A stretch of 64,000 nucleotides of DNA from Alphaproteobacteria bacterium (GTDB taxonomy: Bacteria > Pseudomonadota > Alphaproteobacteria > SHVZ01): NCBI GenBank assembly GCA_016869375.1, contig VGEH01000003.1:1491-65490 (forward strand), given 5' to 3'. Below, piece after piece: positions 21,387 through 31,477 of this stretch. The notes under the pieces are model-generated. The model saw nothing but the letters and a program-made list of their open reading frames with translations. It had not been told where the DNA came from and made no database searches. Within the stretch, counting starts at the first letter, position 1. The number at the start of each line of letters is the position of its first letter. Position numbers and translations under genes: made by a program.

Positions 21387-23035
21387 CCGACCGGATCGTC
21401 CTCGCGCTCGCTCAGCTCAACCCGACGATGGGCGATATCGCCGGCAACCGCGACAAGCTGCTGGCGGCGCGTGTGCAGGCAAAGACGCTCGGCGCCGACC
21501 TGGTGGTGCCGGGAGAGCTGGCCCTCTCCGGATATCCGCCGGAGGACCTGGTGCTGAAGCCGGCCTTCCTCGACGCCCTCGCTGTCGCCGTCAACGAGAT
21601 TGCCGCAGTGACGGCTGATGGCGGCCCGGCGGTGCTGATCACCGCGCCCTGGCGCGTCGACGGCAAGACCTACAACGCGGCGCTCCTCGCCGATAGCGGG
21701 AAGATCGCGGCGACGCGGCTCAAATACGATCTGCCCAATTACGGCATCTTCGACGAGAAGCGTGTCTTCGCCGCAGGGCCGATGCCAGGCCCGATCGCGT
21801 TCCGTGGCGTCCGCCTCGGCGTGATGATCTGCGAGGACATGTGGAAGCCGGACGTCACGGAGACGCTGGAGGAATCCGGCGCCGAGCTCCTGATCGTCCC
21901 GAACGGCTCGCCCTATGAGCACGACAAGCTGGATGAGCGAATCAACCTCGCTGTCGCGCGTATCGTCGAAAGCGGCCTGCCGCTGGTCTATGTCAACCAG
22001 GTCGGTGGCCAGGACGAGATCGTCTTCGACGGCGGCTCGTTCGTCGTCGGATCCGACCGCCACTTGAGGGCGCAGCTTCCCGCCTGGCGCGAGGTCGTGA
22101 GCCGTGTCGTCTTCACGCGCAAGGGCGAGAAGTGGGAGCCGGAAGGCGAGATCGCCAAGGTCGCCAGCGGGCACGAGTCGATCTACCAGGCGATGACCAT
22201 CGGCCTTCGCGACTATGTAGAGAAGAGCCGCTTCCCCGGCGTGATCTTGGGCCTCTCCGGCGGCATAGACTCCGCGCTCTCCGCTGCGGTCGCCGTCGAT
22301 GCGATCGGCGCCGACCGCGTGCGTGCGGTGATGATGCCGTCGCCCTATACCAGCCGCGAGAGCCTCGAGGATGCGGCCGAATGCGCACGCCTGCTCGGCA
22401 TCCGCCTCGACAACATCTCGATCGAACCGGCGATGCGTGCCTTCGACGGCATGCTGGCGCCGCTGTTCGAGGGCCGCGCGCCCGATATCACCGAGGAGAA
22501 TCTGCAGAGCCGGGCACGTGGCGTCACGCTGATGGCGCTCTCGAACAAGCTCGGCCACATGGTGCTCTCGACCGGCAACAAATCCGAGATGTCGGTCGGT
22601 TACGCCACGCTCTATGGCGACATGTGCGGCGGCTATGCCGTGCTCAAGGACGTCTACAAGACGACGGTGTTCGAGCTCTGCCGCTGGCGCAACCAGACGC
22701 TGCCGGAAGGCGCGAAGGGACCTAGCGGCCGCGTGATGCCCGAGCGCGTGATCACGAAGCCGCCTTCGGCCGAGCTGAAGCCGAACCAGACGGACCAGGA
22801 CACGCTGCCGCCCTATGACGCGCTCGACGACATCCTCTCGTGCCTGATCGAGGGCGAGATGAAGGTTGCCGACATCGTCTCGCGCGGCCATGACGAAGCG
22901 ACCGTACGCCGGGTCTGGCGCATGCTCGACCGCGCCGAGTACAAGCGCCGCCAGGCACCCCCCGGCGTCAAGATCACCCGCCGCGCCTTCGGCCGCGACC
23001 GCCGCTACCCCATCGTCAACGCGTTCCAGAAGTAA
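21383..23035 (+). CDS. nadE: Glutamine-dependent NAD+ synthetase (CN-hydrolase + NAD synthetase domains)
   Basis: ATG 21383 overlaps the ykgJ-like stop (ATGA). N-terminal nitrilase-like domain (ICEDMW) and C-terminal [13 protein letters not shown]-loop. Confidence 0.93.
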   Translation: MTDRIVLALAQLNPTMGDIAGNRDKLLAARVQAKTLGADLVVPGELALSGYPPEDLVLKPAFLDALAVAVNEIAAVTADGGPAVLITAPWRVDGKTYNAALLADSGKIAATRLKYDLPNYGIFDEKRVFAAGPMPGPIAFRGVRLGVMICEDMWKPDVTETLEESGAELLIVPNGSPYEHDKLDERINLAVARIVESGLPLVYVNQVGGQDEIVFDGGSFVVGSDRHLRAQLPAWREVVSRVVFTRKGEKWEPEGEIAKVASGHESIYQAMTIGLRDYVEKSRFPGVILGLSGGIDSALSAAVAVDAIGADRVRAVMMPSPYTSRESLEDAAECARLLGIRLDNISIEPAMRAFDGMLAPLFEGRAPDITEENLQSRARGVTLMALSNKLGHMVLSTGNKSEMSVGYATLYGDMCGGYAVLKDVYKTTVFELCRWRNQTLPEGAKGPSGRVMPERVITKPPSAELKPNQTDQDTLPPYDALDDILSCLIEGEMKVADIVSRGHDEATVRRVWRMLDRAEYKRRQAPPGVKITRRAFGRDRRYPIVNAFQK

Positions 23036-24357
23036 TGACTCTCGTCCGCTTCGCGCCGAGCCCGACCGGCCGGTTGCATGTCGGCAACATCAGGACAGCG
23101 CTGGTCAACTGGCTGTTTGCGCGCCAGCAGGGCGGCCGCTTCCTGCTTCGTCTCGACGACACCGACACCGAGCGCTCGACGCCCGAATACGCGCGCGGCA
23201 TCGAGGAGGATATGCGCTGGCTCGGTCTCGGCTGGGACCTGTTCGATCGCCAGTCCGACCGTCTGCATCGCTATGCCGATGCGGCCGAGCGGCTCAAGGC
23301 CTCAGGCCGACTCTATCCCTGCTTCGAGACGCCGGAGGAGCTGTCGCTCAAGCGCAAGGCGCAGATCAACGCCGGCAAGCCGCCCGTCTATGACCGCGCC
23401 GCGCTTCGTCTGAGCGATGCCGATAAAGGCGAGCTCGCCAAGTCGGTCGTGCCGCACTGGCGCCTCCGGCTCGAGCCGGGCCGGATCGAGTGGGAGGACC
23501 GCGTGCGCGGCCACGTCCATTTCGAGGCGGCGAACCTGTCGGATCCGGTGCTGATCCGAGCCGACGGCCGGCCGATCTACACGCTGGCGACGGTGGTCGA
23601 CGACATCGATCTCGGCGTCACCGACGTCATCCGTGGCGAGGATCATGTCGCCAACACCGCGATCCAGATCCAGCTGTTCCAGGCGCTCGGCGCTTCGGTG
23701 CCGCGCTTCGGCCATACGACGCTGATCGCCGATGCCGCCGGCGAGGGCCTGTCGAAGCGTCTCGGCAGCCTCTCGATCGCAAGCCTGCGCGAAGACGGCA
23801 TCGAGGCGATGACGATCAACAGCCTGCTCGCGCATCTCGGCACCTCGGATGCGGTGGAGCCCTATCTCTCGCTCGACGAGCTGGTGCGGCACTTCGATCT
23901 CGGGCACTTCGGCCGCGCCACGCCGAAATTCGACCCGGAGGACCTGCCGCGGCTGAATCATCACCTGATCCAGAAGCTCTCCTTCGCCGAGGTGAAGGAC
24001 CGGTTGCCGGCGGGCGCCGATGAGCGCTTCTGGCTCGCGGTCCGGCCCAACCTGACGCGCGTCTCCGAGGCCGCCGAGTGGTGGCCGGTGGTCCATGGGC
24101 CGCTCGAGCCCGAGATCGCCGATCCGGCCTTCGCCGAGGCAGCCGCTTCCCTGCTGCCGCCCGAGCCCTGGGATGAAACGAGCTGGGGGAGCTGGACCAA
24201 GGCGGTGGGCGCGGCCACGAAGCGGAAGGGCAAGGAGCTCTATCTGCCGCTGCGCCTCGCGCTCACGGGTCGCGCGCATGGACCCGAACTCAAGTCTTTG
24301 CTAGTCCTCATCGGCCGCACGCGCACGCTCGCGCGGCTTTCAGGAAAGGAGGCGTAG
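23035..24357 (+). CDS. gltX: Glutamate--tRNA ligase (short, 440 aa paralogue type)
   Basis: [18 protein letters not shown] (HIGH region), [10 protein letters not shown] (KMSKS region), C-terminal [18 protein letters not shown]. The start shares 1 nt with the nadE stop (TAATG). Confidence 0.9.
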   Translation: MTLVRFAPSPTGRLHVGNIRTALVNWLFARQQGGRFLLRLDDTDTERSTPEYARGIEEDMRWLGLGWDLFDRQSDRLHRYADAAERLKASGRLYPCFETPEELSLKRKAQINAGKPPVYDRAALRLSDADKGELAKSVVPHWRLRLEPGRIEWEDRVRGHVHFEAANLSDPVLIRADGRPIYTLATVVDDIDLGVTDVIRGEDHVANTAIQIQLFQALGASVPRFGHTTLIADAAGEGLSKRLGSLSIASLREDGIEAMTINSLLAHLGTSDAVEPYLSLDELVRHFDLGHFGRATPKFDPEDLPRLNHHLIQKLSFAEVKDRLPAGADERFWLAVRPNLTRVSEAAEWWPVVHGPLEPEIADPAFAEAAASLLPPEPWDETSWGSWTKAVGAATKRKGKELYLPLRLALTGRAHGPELKSLLVLIGRTRTLARLSGKEA

Positions 24358-24363
24358 ATCGTC

Positions 24364-25743
24364 ATGGTTCTCAAGCTGCACAACACGCTCTGGCGGAAGA
24401 AGGAGGAGTTCAAGCCCCTCGATCCGAACCATGTGCGCATGTATGTGTGCGGCCCGACGGTCTACGACTTCTCGCATATCGGCAATGCGCGCCCGGTTAT
24501 CGTCTTCGACGTGCTCTACCGACTGCTGAAGCGGCTCTACCCGAAGGTGACCTATGTCCGGAACGTCACAGACATCGACGACAAGATCAACAACCGCGCC
24601 GCGGCCAACAACGAGACGATCCGCAATCTGACGGAGCGCACGCTCGCCCAGTATCGCGCGGATATGGGCCAGCTCCTGGCGCTGCCGCCGGACCACGAGC
24701 CGCGCGCGACCGAGTTCATCGCCGAGATCATCAAGATCGCGCAGATCCTCATCGGCAAGGGCCATGCCTACGCCGCCGAAGGCCATGTGCTGTTCAACGT
24801 GCCGTCGATGCCGGACTACGGCAGGCTCTCAGGCCGCAACCGCGACGAGATGATCGCGGGCGCACGTGTCGACGTGGCGCCGTTCAAGCGCGATCCCGCC
24901 GACTTCGTGCTGTGGAAGCCGTCGCGCGAGGACCAGCCGGGCTGGGACAGCCCCTGGGGCCGCGGCCGGCCGGGCTGGCACATCGAGTGCTCGGCGATGG
25001 CGATGACGCTGCTCGGCGAGACCTTCGACATCCATGGCGGCGGGCTCGACCTGATCTTCCCGCACCATGAGAACGAAATCGCGCAGAGCTGCTGCGCCTT
25101 CCCGAGCGACGTGCCGATGGCTCGGTACTGGATGCACAACGGCATGCTGAATTTTGGCTCGGAGAAGATGTCGAAATCGCTCGGCAATTTCCGTACCGTC
25201 AACGAACTCCTGCGCGACGCGCCGGGCGAGGCGCTGCGCTACTACATGCTGACGGGTCACTACCGCCAGCCGCTGGAGTGGACGAACGAGGGCCTGAAGG
25301 AAGCGCGGTCCGGGCTCGACCGGCTCTACCAGGCGCTGCAGGCGAGCGATGCGCCGGCCGCGAAGGACGTGCCGCTGTCGGTGATGGCGGCGCTCGAGGA
25401 CGACCTGAACACGCCGCTCGCGATCTCGCATTTGCATGAGATCGTGACCGAGCTCAACAAGGCGATGGCGCCGGCGGACAAGAGCCGCCTCGCCAGCGAG
25501 CTTCGCTCCGCGGGCGATCTGATGGGGCTGCTGCGCGAGGATCCCGTCGCCTGGTTCCGCTGGCAGCCGGCGGGGGCGGAGAGCCTGGGCGAGACCGAGA
25601 TCGCCGGCATGATCCAGCGCCGCCTGCTGGCGCGGAAGGCGAAGAACTTCGCCGAGGCCGACCGCATCCGCGACGAGCTCAAGGCTCAGGGCGTGGTGCT
25701 CGAGGACACCGCCGGCGGGACGACCTGGAAGCGCGCGAGCTGA
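24364..25743 (+). CDS. cysS: Cysteine--tRNA ligase
   Basis: 459 aa. CGPTVYDFSHIGNAR, WHIECSAM, KMSKSLGN. Confidence 0.96.
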   Translation: MVLKLHNTLWRKKEEFKPLDPNHVRMYVCGPTVYDFSHIGNARPVIVFDVLYRLLKRLYPKVTYVRNVTDIDDKINNRAAANNETIRNLTERTLAQYRADMGQLLALPPDHEPRATEFIAEIIKIAQILIGKGHAYAAEGHVLFNVPSMPDYGRLSGRNRDEMIAGARVDVAPFKRDPADFVLWKPSREDQPGWDSPWGRGRPGWHIECSAMAMTLLGETFDIHGGGLDLIFPHHENEIAQSCCAFPSDVPMARYWMHNGMLNFGSEKMSKSLGNFRTVNELLRDAPGEALRYYMLTGHYRQPLEWTNEGLKEARSGLDRLYQALQASDAPAAKDVPLSVMAALEDDLNTPLAISHLHEIVTELNKAMAPADKSRLASELRSAGDLMGLLREDPVAWFRWQPAGAESLGETEIAGMIQRRLLARKAKNFAEADRIRDELKAQGVVLEDTAGGTTWKRAS

Positions 25744-25756
25744 CGGCGGGCTAGCC

Positions 25757-26686
25757 GTGGTCCTCCTTTTCAAGTCCGATCCCGACGACACCCGCGGCTG
25801 GACGGCCGAGCTTGCACGGCGGCTGCCCGGCGTCGAGGTCCGCACCTGGCCGGATGTCGGCGACCCCGCCGATATCGAGTTCTGCGTCGGCTGGGCTTTC
25901 CCGCCGGGATCGCTTCGCGGCTTTCCCAACCTGAAGGGCCTGCAGTCGCTCGGCGCCGGCGTCGATCACGTCTTCCGCGATCCGGATCTGCCCGAGGCGC
26001 TGCCGATCGCGCGCATCGTCGATCCCTACATGACCGAGGACATGACTCAGTGGGTCATGCTGAATGTGCTGCGCTTCCACAAGCAGGACCCGGACTACCG
26101 CCGGCTCCAGGCCGAAGGACGATGGGACGAGCTGCCGCCGCCTTCCTGGCGGGATCGACGCGTCGGCGTCATGGGCCTCGGCGAGCTCGGCGGCCATGCG
26201 CTCGAGCGGCTTCGCTATTTCGGTTACAAGCTCGCCGGCTGGAGCCGGACGAAGAAGCGGATCGATCGCGTCGAAACCTTCGCGGGCGAGGAAGGACTGC
26301 GCCCGTTCCTGGCGCGCACCGATATCCTGGTGGTGCTGCTGCCGCTGACGCCGGAGACCGAAGACCTGCTGAATCGCGAACGGTTGTCCAGGCTGCCGAA
26401 GGGCGCCTTCGTCATCAACGCCGGCCGCGGTCGCCTGCTGGTGGATGAGGACCTGATCGCGATGCTCGATTCAGGTCACCTGGGCGGTGCCGCGCTCGAC
26501 GTCTTCCGCCAGGAACCGCTCGCTGCCGATCATGCCTTTTGGAAGCATCCTAAGGTGGTCATCACGCCGCATGTATCGGCGCTGACGCGAGCCGAGACGG
26601 CTGTGCCGCAGATCGTCGAGAACTATCGCCGCGCTCTGGCCGGTGAGCCGCTTCTGCATCCGGTCGACCGCCGCCGCCGCTATTAA
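25757..26686 (+). CDS. D-2-hydroxyacid dehydrogenase, glyoxylate/hydroxypyruvate reductase A-like
   Basis: 309 aa, GTG start. Colinear by eye with E. coli GhrA: GAGVD, GVMGLGELG, LLPLTPET, NAGRG, LDVF..EPL, ITPHV. Confidence 0.8.
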   Translation: MVLLFKSDPDDTRGWTAELARRLPGVEVRTWPDVGDPADIEFCVGWAFPPGSLRGFPNLKGLQSLGAGVDHVFRDPDLPEALPIARIVDPYMTEDMTQWVMLNVLRFHKQDPDYRRLQAEGRWDELPPPSWRDRRVGVMGLGELGGHALERLRYFGYKLAGWSRTKKRIDRVETFAGEEGLRPFLARTDILVVLLPLTPETEDLLNRERLSRLPKGAFVINAGRGRLLVDEDLIAMLDSGHLGGAALDVFRQEPLAADHAFWKHPKVVITPHVSALTRAETAVPQIVENYRRALAGEPLLHPVDRRRRY

Positions 26687-26791
26687 CCAAATGGGCCGGG
26701 GGTGCTGGCACGAAGCCGCCCGGCATGCGACGATCCGGGCAATGATCGCAGGATCCCGGCGTTGGTGGGACGCCGAGATGGAGCCCGCCCG

Positions 26792-29254
26792 ATGAGGGCC
26801 TTTCTGGAACTCGATTCCGAAGATCCGATGGCGCCCGGACTGCGCATCGCGATCACGCTTGCCGGCCTTCTGGTCCTTTGCCTCGCCGCGGTGGTCGGCA
26901 TCTCGCTCGCACGTGAGCGGGAGTACGAGCTGGCCGAGGTTTCGCGCCTCGCTGATCGTTCGGCCGCGAGCTTCGCCGAGACCCTGGGTCACGGTCTCGA
27001 CAAGGCCGACCTCGTCCTGCAGACCCTGGCGGCAGGGCTCGGCCATGCCTGGCCTGCCAGCGGCAAGCCGCAGGACCTGTTCGGTGTCGGCATCTTCGAT
27101 TGGCTCGCCTACGCGCCGCAGATGAACGCGATCCGCGTTTATGACGCGGCCGGTACGGCGGAGGACGGGTCGTCGCTCGATCCGACCCTCCTTTCGTTGC
27201 ATCTCGAAGGTCATGCGTATCGCCTTTCCGCCGTCTCGCGCGAAAGCGGCGGCGGCATCCGGCTCAGCCGCCGGATCGTCGATGCCGGCGGCAGGATGAT
27301 GGGCATCGTCGTCGCCGAGATGCCGGCTCGCAGCTTCGACGAGCTGGTGGTGCCGGCCGCGGCGCCGGAGGTGATGTGTGCGGCGCTTGTCGCTGCCGAC
27401 GGGCGGGTCCTGGCGCACTGGCAGCGTCTGCCCGGCACTCCGATCTGTGTCGACGCCGTCGACCATCCCGGCGAAGGAATCCGACGCTGGACCGTCGACC
27501 GTCGCACCGCAGTCGCCAGTCCGCTGCGCGGCCGGCCCCTCGCGATGCTGATCGAGGCGGATACCGGCATTGTGCTGGCGCGCTGGCAGGACCAGGCACT
27601 CAGGCAGTCGGCGATGCTGGCGGTGCTCATTCTCGGTATCGTCGTCGCCTCGGTCGTGATCATGCGCCTGATACGTCGGCAGTTTGAGACCTCGGCCTTC
27701 CTACGCGCCTTCGTCGACAACTCGACGACGGCGATCAACATGCGCGACGGTGAGGGCCGCTACATCCTCGCCAACCCCACCTTCGAGGAGCTGCTGGGGG
27801 TCAAGCAGGCCGATCTGATCGGCAGGACGCCGGACGAGGTCTTCCCGTCGGAGATCGCCGAGCCGTCCAACCTCGAATTCCGGCACGTCATGACCACGCG
27901 TCGACCGTTGGTCATTCATCGCGGCTTCGACAGCCGCCGCGGCGGCGCGAGGCACTTCGTCTTCACCCGCTTCCCGGTCTTCGGGCCGGGCGGACGTATC
28001 GTCGCGGTCGGCTCCGTCGGCACCGACATTACCGAAGTCAGGATGGCGACGGCAGCGCTTCGCCAGACCGAAGAAAAGTTCGCCAAGGTCTTCCACGAGA
28101 GCCCGGATGCGATCGCGATCATCCGCTCGATCGACTCGAAGATCGTCGAGGCCAACGAGGGCTTCGGCCGCCTGATCGGCCGCCCGCTGCGCGAGCTGAT
28201 CGGTCAGCGCATGATCGATTTCGAATGGTGGGCAGACCTGACGGATCGCGGGCGCTTCCTCGCCGAGCTCGAGCAGAACGGAGTCGTCCGTGACTTCGAA
28301 TTCCGTGCGAAGAAGGATGGCAGGATCATGTCCTGCGTCATACACGCTGCCATCATCGAGATAGACGGCGTAATGCACGATGTCAGCATCACCCGCGACA
28401 TGACCGAGCGGACGGAATCCGCCGAGCGCCTTAAACAGGCCAATGTGCGGCTCGCCGAACAGGCGACGGAACTCGAGCATCTGGCACAGAGCTATCGCCG
28501 GCAGCGCGAGGAGGCCGAGACGGCCAACCGGGCGAAGACCGAGTTCCTCGCGCATATGAGCCATGAGCTTCGTACGCCGCTCAATGCCGTGATCGGCTTC
28601 TCGGAGATGATCCAGTCGCAGCTCGTCGGGCCGGTGCCGCCGCGCTATGTCGACTATGCGGAGGCGATCGGCCGCGCCGCCCATCACCTGCTTACGGTGA
28701 TCAACGACATCCTCGATGTCTCGCGGATCGAGATCGGCCGCTACGAGCTGAGGAAGGACTCGGTCGACGTCGCAGGCGTCGTCGCCGATTGCTGCCGCAT
28801 GGTCGCCGGCCGCGCCGGGGCCGCCGGCATTCTCGTCACCAATCACGTGCCGGTCGGGCTGCCGAAGCCATGGGCCGATGCGCGCGCGATCAAGCAGATC
28901 CTGATCAATCTCCTGTCGAACGCGGTCAAGTTCACGTCGGTTCACGGTCGCATCGCGGTCTCGGCCGCGCTCGAAGGCGACGATCTTTGCCTAACCGTTT
29001 CCGATACCGGGACCGGCATTTCGGCGGAAGACCTGCGCCACGTCTTCGAGCCTTTCTGGCACGGCGAATCCCGCACCACACGCACGCGCGAGGGCGCGGG
29101 AACGGGTCTCGGCCTGTCGATCTGCAAGAAGCTGATCGAGCTGCATGGCGGGCGCATCCATATCGACAGCGAGGTCGGATTCGGGACGCGGGTGACGATC
29201 CGCCTGCCGCTCGGTGTCGATCAGATTCCCGTGATCGAGACGGCCGCCGGCTAG
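26792..29254 (+). CDS. Membrane sensor histidine kinase (periplasmic sensor, 2x PAS, HisKA, HATPase_c); no adjacent response regulator
   Basis: The ORF is open from GTG 26702; ATG 26792 (MRAFLEL) is the likely start. TM1 IAITLAGLLVLCLAAVVG, TM2 AMLAVLILGIVVASVVIM, two PAS blocks, [30 protein letters not shown]. Confidence 0.9.
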   Translation: MRAFLELDSEDPMAPGLRIAITLAGLLVLCLAAVVGISLAREREYELAEVSRLADRSAASFAETLGHGLDKADLVLQTLAAGLGHAWPASGKPQDLFGVGIFDWLAYAPQMNAIRVYDAAGTAEDGSSLDPTLLSLHLEGHAYRLSAVSRESGGGIRLSRRIVDAGGRMMGIVVAEMPARSFDELVVPAAAPEVMCAALVAADGRVLAHWQRLPGTPICVDAVDHPGEGIRRWTVDRRTAVASPLRGRPLAMLIEADTGIVLARWQDQALRQSAMLAVLILGIVVASVVIMRLIRRQFETSAFLRAFVDNSTTAINMRDGEGRYILANPTFEELLGVKQADLIGRTPDEVFPSEIAEPSNLEFRHVMTTRRPLVIHRGFDSRRGGARHFVFTRFPVFGPGGRIVAVGSVGTDITEVRMATAALRQTEEKFAKVFHESPDAIAIIRSIDSKIVEANEGFGRLIGRPLRELIGQRMIDFEWWADLTDRGRFLAELEQNGVVRDFEFRAKKDGRIMSCVIHAAIIEIDGVMHDVSITRDMTERTESAERLKQANVRLAEQATELEHLAQSYRRQREEAETANRAKTEFLAHMSHELRTPLNAVIGFSEMIQSQLVGPVPPRYVDYAEAIGRAAHHLLTVINDILDVSRIEIGRYELRKDSVDVAGVVADCCRMVAGRAGAAGILVTNHVPVGLPKPWADARAIKQILINLLSNAVKFTSVHGRIAVSAALEGDDLCLTVSDTGTGISAEDLRHVFEPFWHGESRTTRTREGAGTGLGLSICKKLIELHGGRIHIDSEVGFGTRVTIRLPLGVDQIPVIETAAG

Positions 29255-29263
29255 GTCGTATCC

Positions 29264-29802
29264 GTGACCTATCCGGCCGAGCTTGAGAGCGAGATCGAGA
29301 TCGGCGGGCGACGCGTCCGTATCCGTCCGATCCGTCCCGAGGACGAGCCGCGACTGCATGTCTTTTCCACGCGCCTCACACCCGAGGACGTGCGCATGCG
29401 CTTCCTGCAGCCGCTGAAGCGCTTGTCGCAGCCGATGGCGCAGCGACTGAGCCAGATCGACTACGCACGCGAGATGGCCCTCGTCGCCCTCGAAGGCGAG
29501 GGCGACGAGATTCTCGGCATCGCCCGGCTATCCACTCCGTCCGACGCCTCGGGGGCGGAGTTCGCGCTCATCGTGTCAGAAGCGACCGGCAGAGGCGCGG
29601 GCTTGGCCGCGTGCTGATGACGCGGCTGCTCGACTACGGGTGGAGCCGAGGCCTGGACGAGGTGTTCGGCGAGGTTCTCGCCGAGAACAAGCGCATGCTG
29701 ACCCTCTGCCGCTCGCTCGGCGCCGAGATCAGGCAGCACCCTGCGGATTCGACGCTGCTCCGAGCCGTCTTCCGGCCTCCCGCGCATCGAAGCGGAGTTT
29801 GA
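29264..29802 (+). pseudogene. GNAT N-acetyltransferase (stand-alone Pat-like GNAT domain) interrupted by a -1 frameshift near 29573-29578
   Basis: ORF 29264-29617 ends ...EFALIVSEATGRGAGLAAC*. Frame +2 from about 29576 reads (R)SDRQRRGLGRVLMTRLLDYGWSRGLDEVFGEVLAENKRMLTLCRSLG, continuing as ORF 29611-29802. That restores the GNAT acetyl-CoA motif Q/R-x-x-G-x-G/A, which is split by the frame change. Confidence 0.7.
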
Positions 29803-30043
29803 GGACGAAGAGAGCGACGGTCAGGCTGCCGCCGACGATGTGGCCGAAGATCGAGGCCCAGGCGTCAAGCAGCACGACATAGACGAAGCCGAACGCATAG
29901 GCGACGAGCTGGAGCGCGAGCCAGGCTGTCGACAGGTCTCCGGCGCTCTTCGTGCGCCAGGTCTTGACGAGCTGCGGCACGAGCGAGGCGAGGCCGATGA
30001 AGACGGCGACCAGGCCGATTGCCTCGATCGTCACCTTGTCCAT
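29729..30043 (-). CDS. SemiSWEET / PQ-loop sugar transporter family protein
   Basis: 104 aa, three TM helices. The PQ motif LVPQLVKTWRTKSAGDLS and ...LKLRF resemble the Bradyrhizobium SemiSWEET (from memory). The 3' end overlaps the GNAT 3' end by 74 nt. Confidence 0.75.
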   Translation of the reverse strand: MDKVTIEAIGLVAVFIGLASLVPQLVKTWRTKSAGDLSTAWLALQLVAYAFGFVYVVLLDAWASIFGHIVGGSLTVALFVLKLRFDAREAGRRLGAASNPQGAA

Positions 30044-30110
30044 GGATTGTCCGCTCCCCCCGGCGTATTGATTCTAGGCGCCCTCCGGCGCTCGACCGCC
30101 GGCTCCGCCC

Positions 30111-30578
30111 ATGTTACGGATTTGTGTCATGCGTATCGGCTTCCGCCTCATCCTGGCAACGGCATTCGCCCTTGTCGCGGTGTTTCCGGCCCGCGCGCAA
30201 GAGGAGATCCGTGGGCGTGCGAAGGTCCTGTCGTCCGACACAATCGAGGTCTCCGGCAAACGCTATCGACTGTTCGGCATCATCGGCCCGTCCAAGGACC
30301 AGAAGTGCCTGGCGGGCGCGCTCCCCTGGCTCTGCGGCAACGCGGCCTACAACCACCTGCGCGAGCAGGCGGAAGGGAAGCTGGTGACGTGCGTCGACAA
30401 GGGGCTTACCGACGACCAGAAGCCGACAGCCTTCTGCAAGGCCGAGGGCAAGGATCTGGGCTACATCCAGGTGAGGAACGGCTGGGCCAACGCCGACCCC
30501 AAGACCGGATCCGATTACCAGACGGCCGAGATGGCAGCGCGAGGATCGAAGATCGGCTACTGGAAGGGCTCGCGCTGA
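30111..30578 (+). CDS. Secreted thermonuclease (staphylococcal nuclease, SNase-like) family protein
   Basis: 155 aa. Signal peptide ...AVFPARAQ. Blocks RGRAKVLSSDTIEV.GKRYRLFGI, GYIQVRNGWA, AEMAARGSKIGYW. An alternative start is at 30129. Confidence 0.7.
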   Translation: MLRICVMRIGFRLILATAFALVAVFPARAQEEIRGRAKVLSSDTIEVSGKRYRLFGIIGPSKDQKCLAGALPWLCGNAAYNHLREQAEGKLVTCVDKGLTDDQKPTAFCKAEGKDLGYIQVRNGWANADPKTGSDYQTAEMAARGSKIGYWKGSR

Positions 30579-30606
30579 GCCAGGCGATCTCGACGTCGGT
30601 AGCCGC

Positions 30607-31473
30607 ATGAATCTCGCGACCAAGCTCGACCCGCTGATCATCGGGCTGATCCTGACCTCGGCGATCATCCACGCGACCTGGAACGCGCTGGTCAAATCCG
30701 ACAGCGACCGGCTGGTGACCTTCGCCGTGGTGATGGGCGCCGGCTCGGTGATCGGGCTCGCCTTCGCTCCCTTCGTCGAGGTCCCGCGCGCCGAGGCGTG
30801 GCCTTGGCTGCTGAGCTCGGTCGTCATCCATTGCTTCTACTACTACTTCCTCCTCCAAGCTTACGCGCATGGGGATCTCAGCTTCGTCTACCCGATCGCG
30901 CGCGGCCTCGGTCCTCTGCTCGTGGCAGTGTTCTCCGGCACGCTGCTCTCCGAGCATCTCTCTTTCCGCGAGGCGATCGGCGTCCTCCTGGTCTCGATCG
31001 GCATCGCCGGCGTCGCCTTCGGCCGTGGGCTTCCGCGCGGCCTCGATTTCCGGGCGACGACTTTCGCCGTGCTCACGGGCCTGACCATCGCCGGCTATAC
31101 GGTGATCGACGGCACTGGTGCCCGCGTCTCGGGCGATCCGCTCGCCTACATCGTCTGGCTCAACATCTGCGAAGGACCCTGGGTGTTAGTCGTCGCGCTG
31201 TTTCAGCGTCGCGGCCGCGTTATCGGTCATCTTCGTCTGCACTGGTGGCGCGGCGTCGTCGGCGGCATCATCGCGACGGTCGGCTACGGCATCGCGATCT
31301 GGGCCTTGAGCCTCGGCGCCATGGCGCATGTCGCGGCGATCCGCGAGACTTCGGTGCTGTTTGCGGCGCTGATGGGTACCTTTATTCTCGGCGAGACCTT
31401 CGGGCGCCGGCGCATCGCCGCGGCCGCTCTCGTCGTCGTCGGCCTTCTCACCATGAACCTCAGGCTTGGATAA
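30607..31473 (+). CDS. EamA/DMT-family transporter
   Basis: 288 aa, about 10 TM helices in two EamA-type repeats. Confidence 0.8.
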   Translation: MNLATKLDPLIIGLILTSAIIHATWNALVKSDSDRLVTFAVVMGAGSVIGLAFAPFVEVPRAEAWPWLLSSVVIHCFYYYFLLQAYAHGDLSFVYPIARGLGPLLVAVFSGTLLSEHLSFREAIGVLLVSIGIAGVAFGRGLPRGLDFRATTFAVLTGLTIAGYTVIDGTGARVSGDPLAYIVWLNICEGPWVLVVALFQRRGRVIGHLRLHWWRGVVGGIIATVGYGIAIWALSLGAMAHVAAIRETSVLFAALMGTFILGETFGRRRIAAAALVVVGLLTMNLRLG

Positions 31474-31477
31474 TCGG

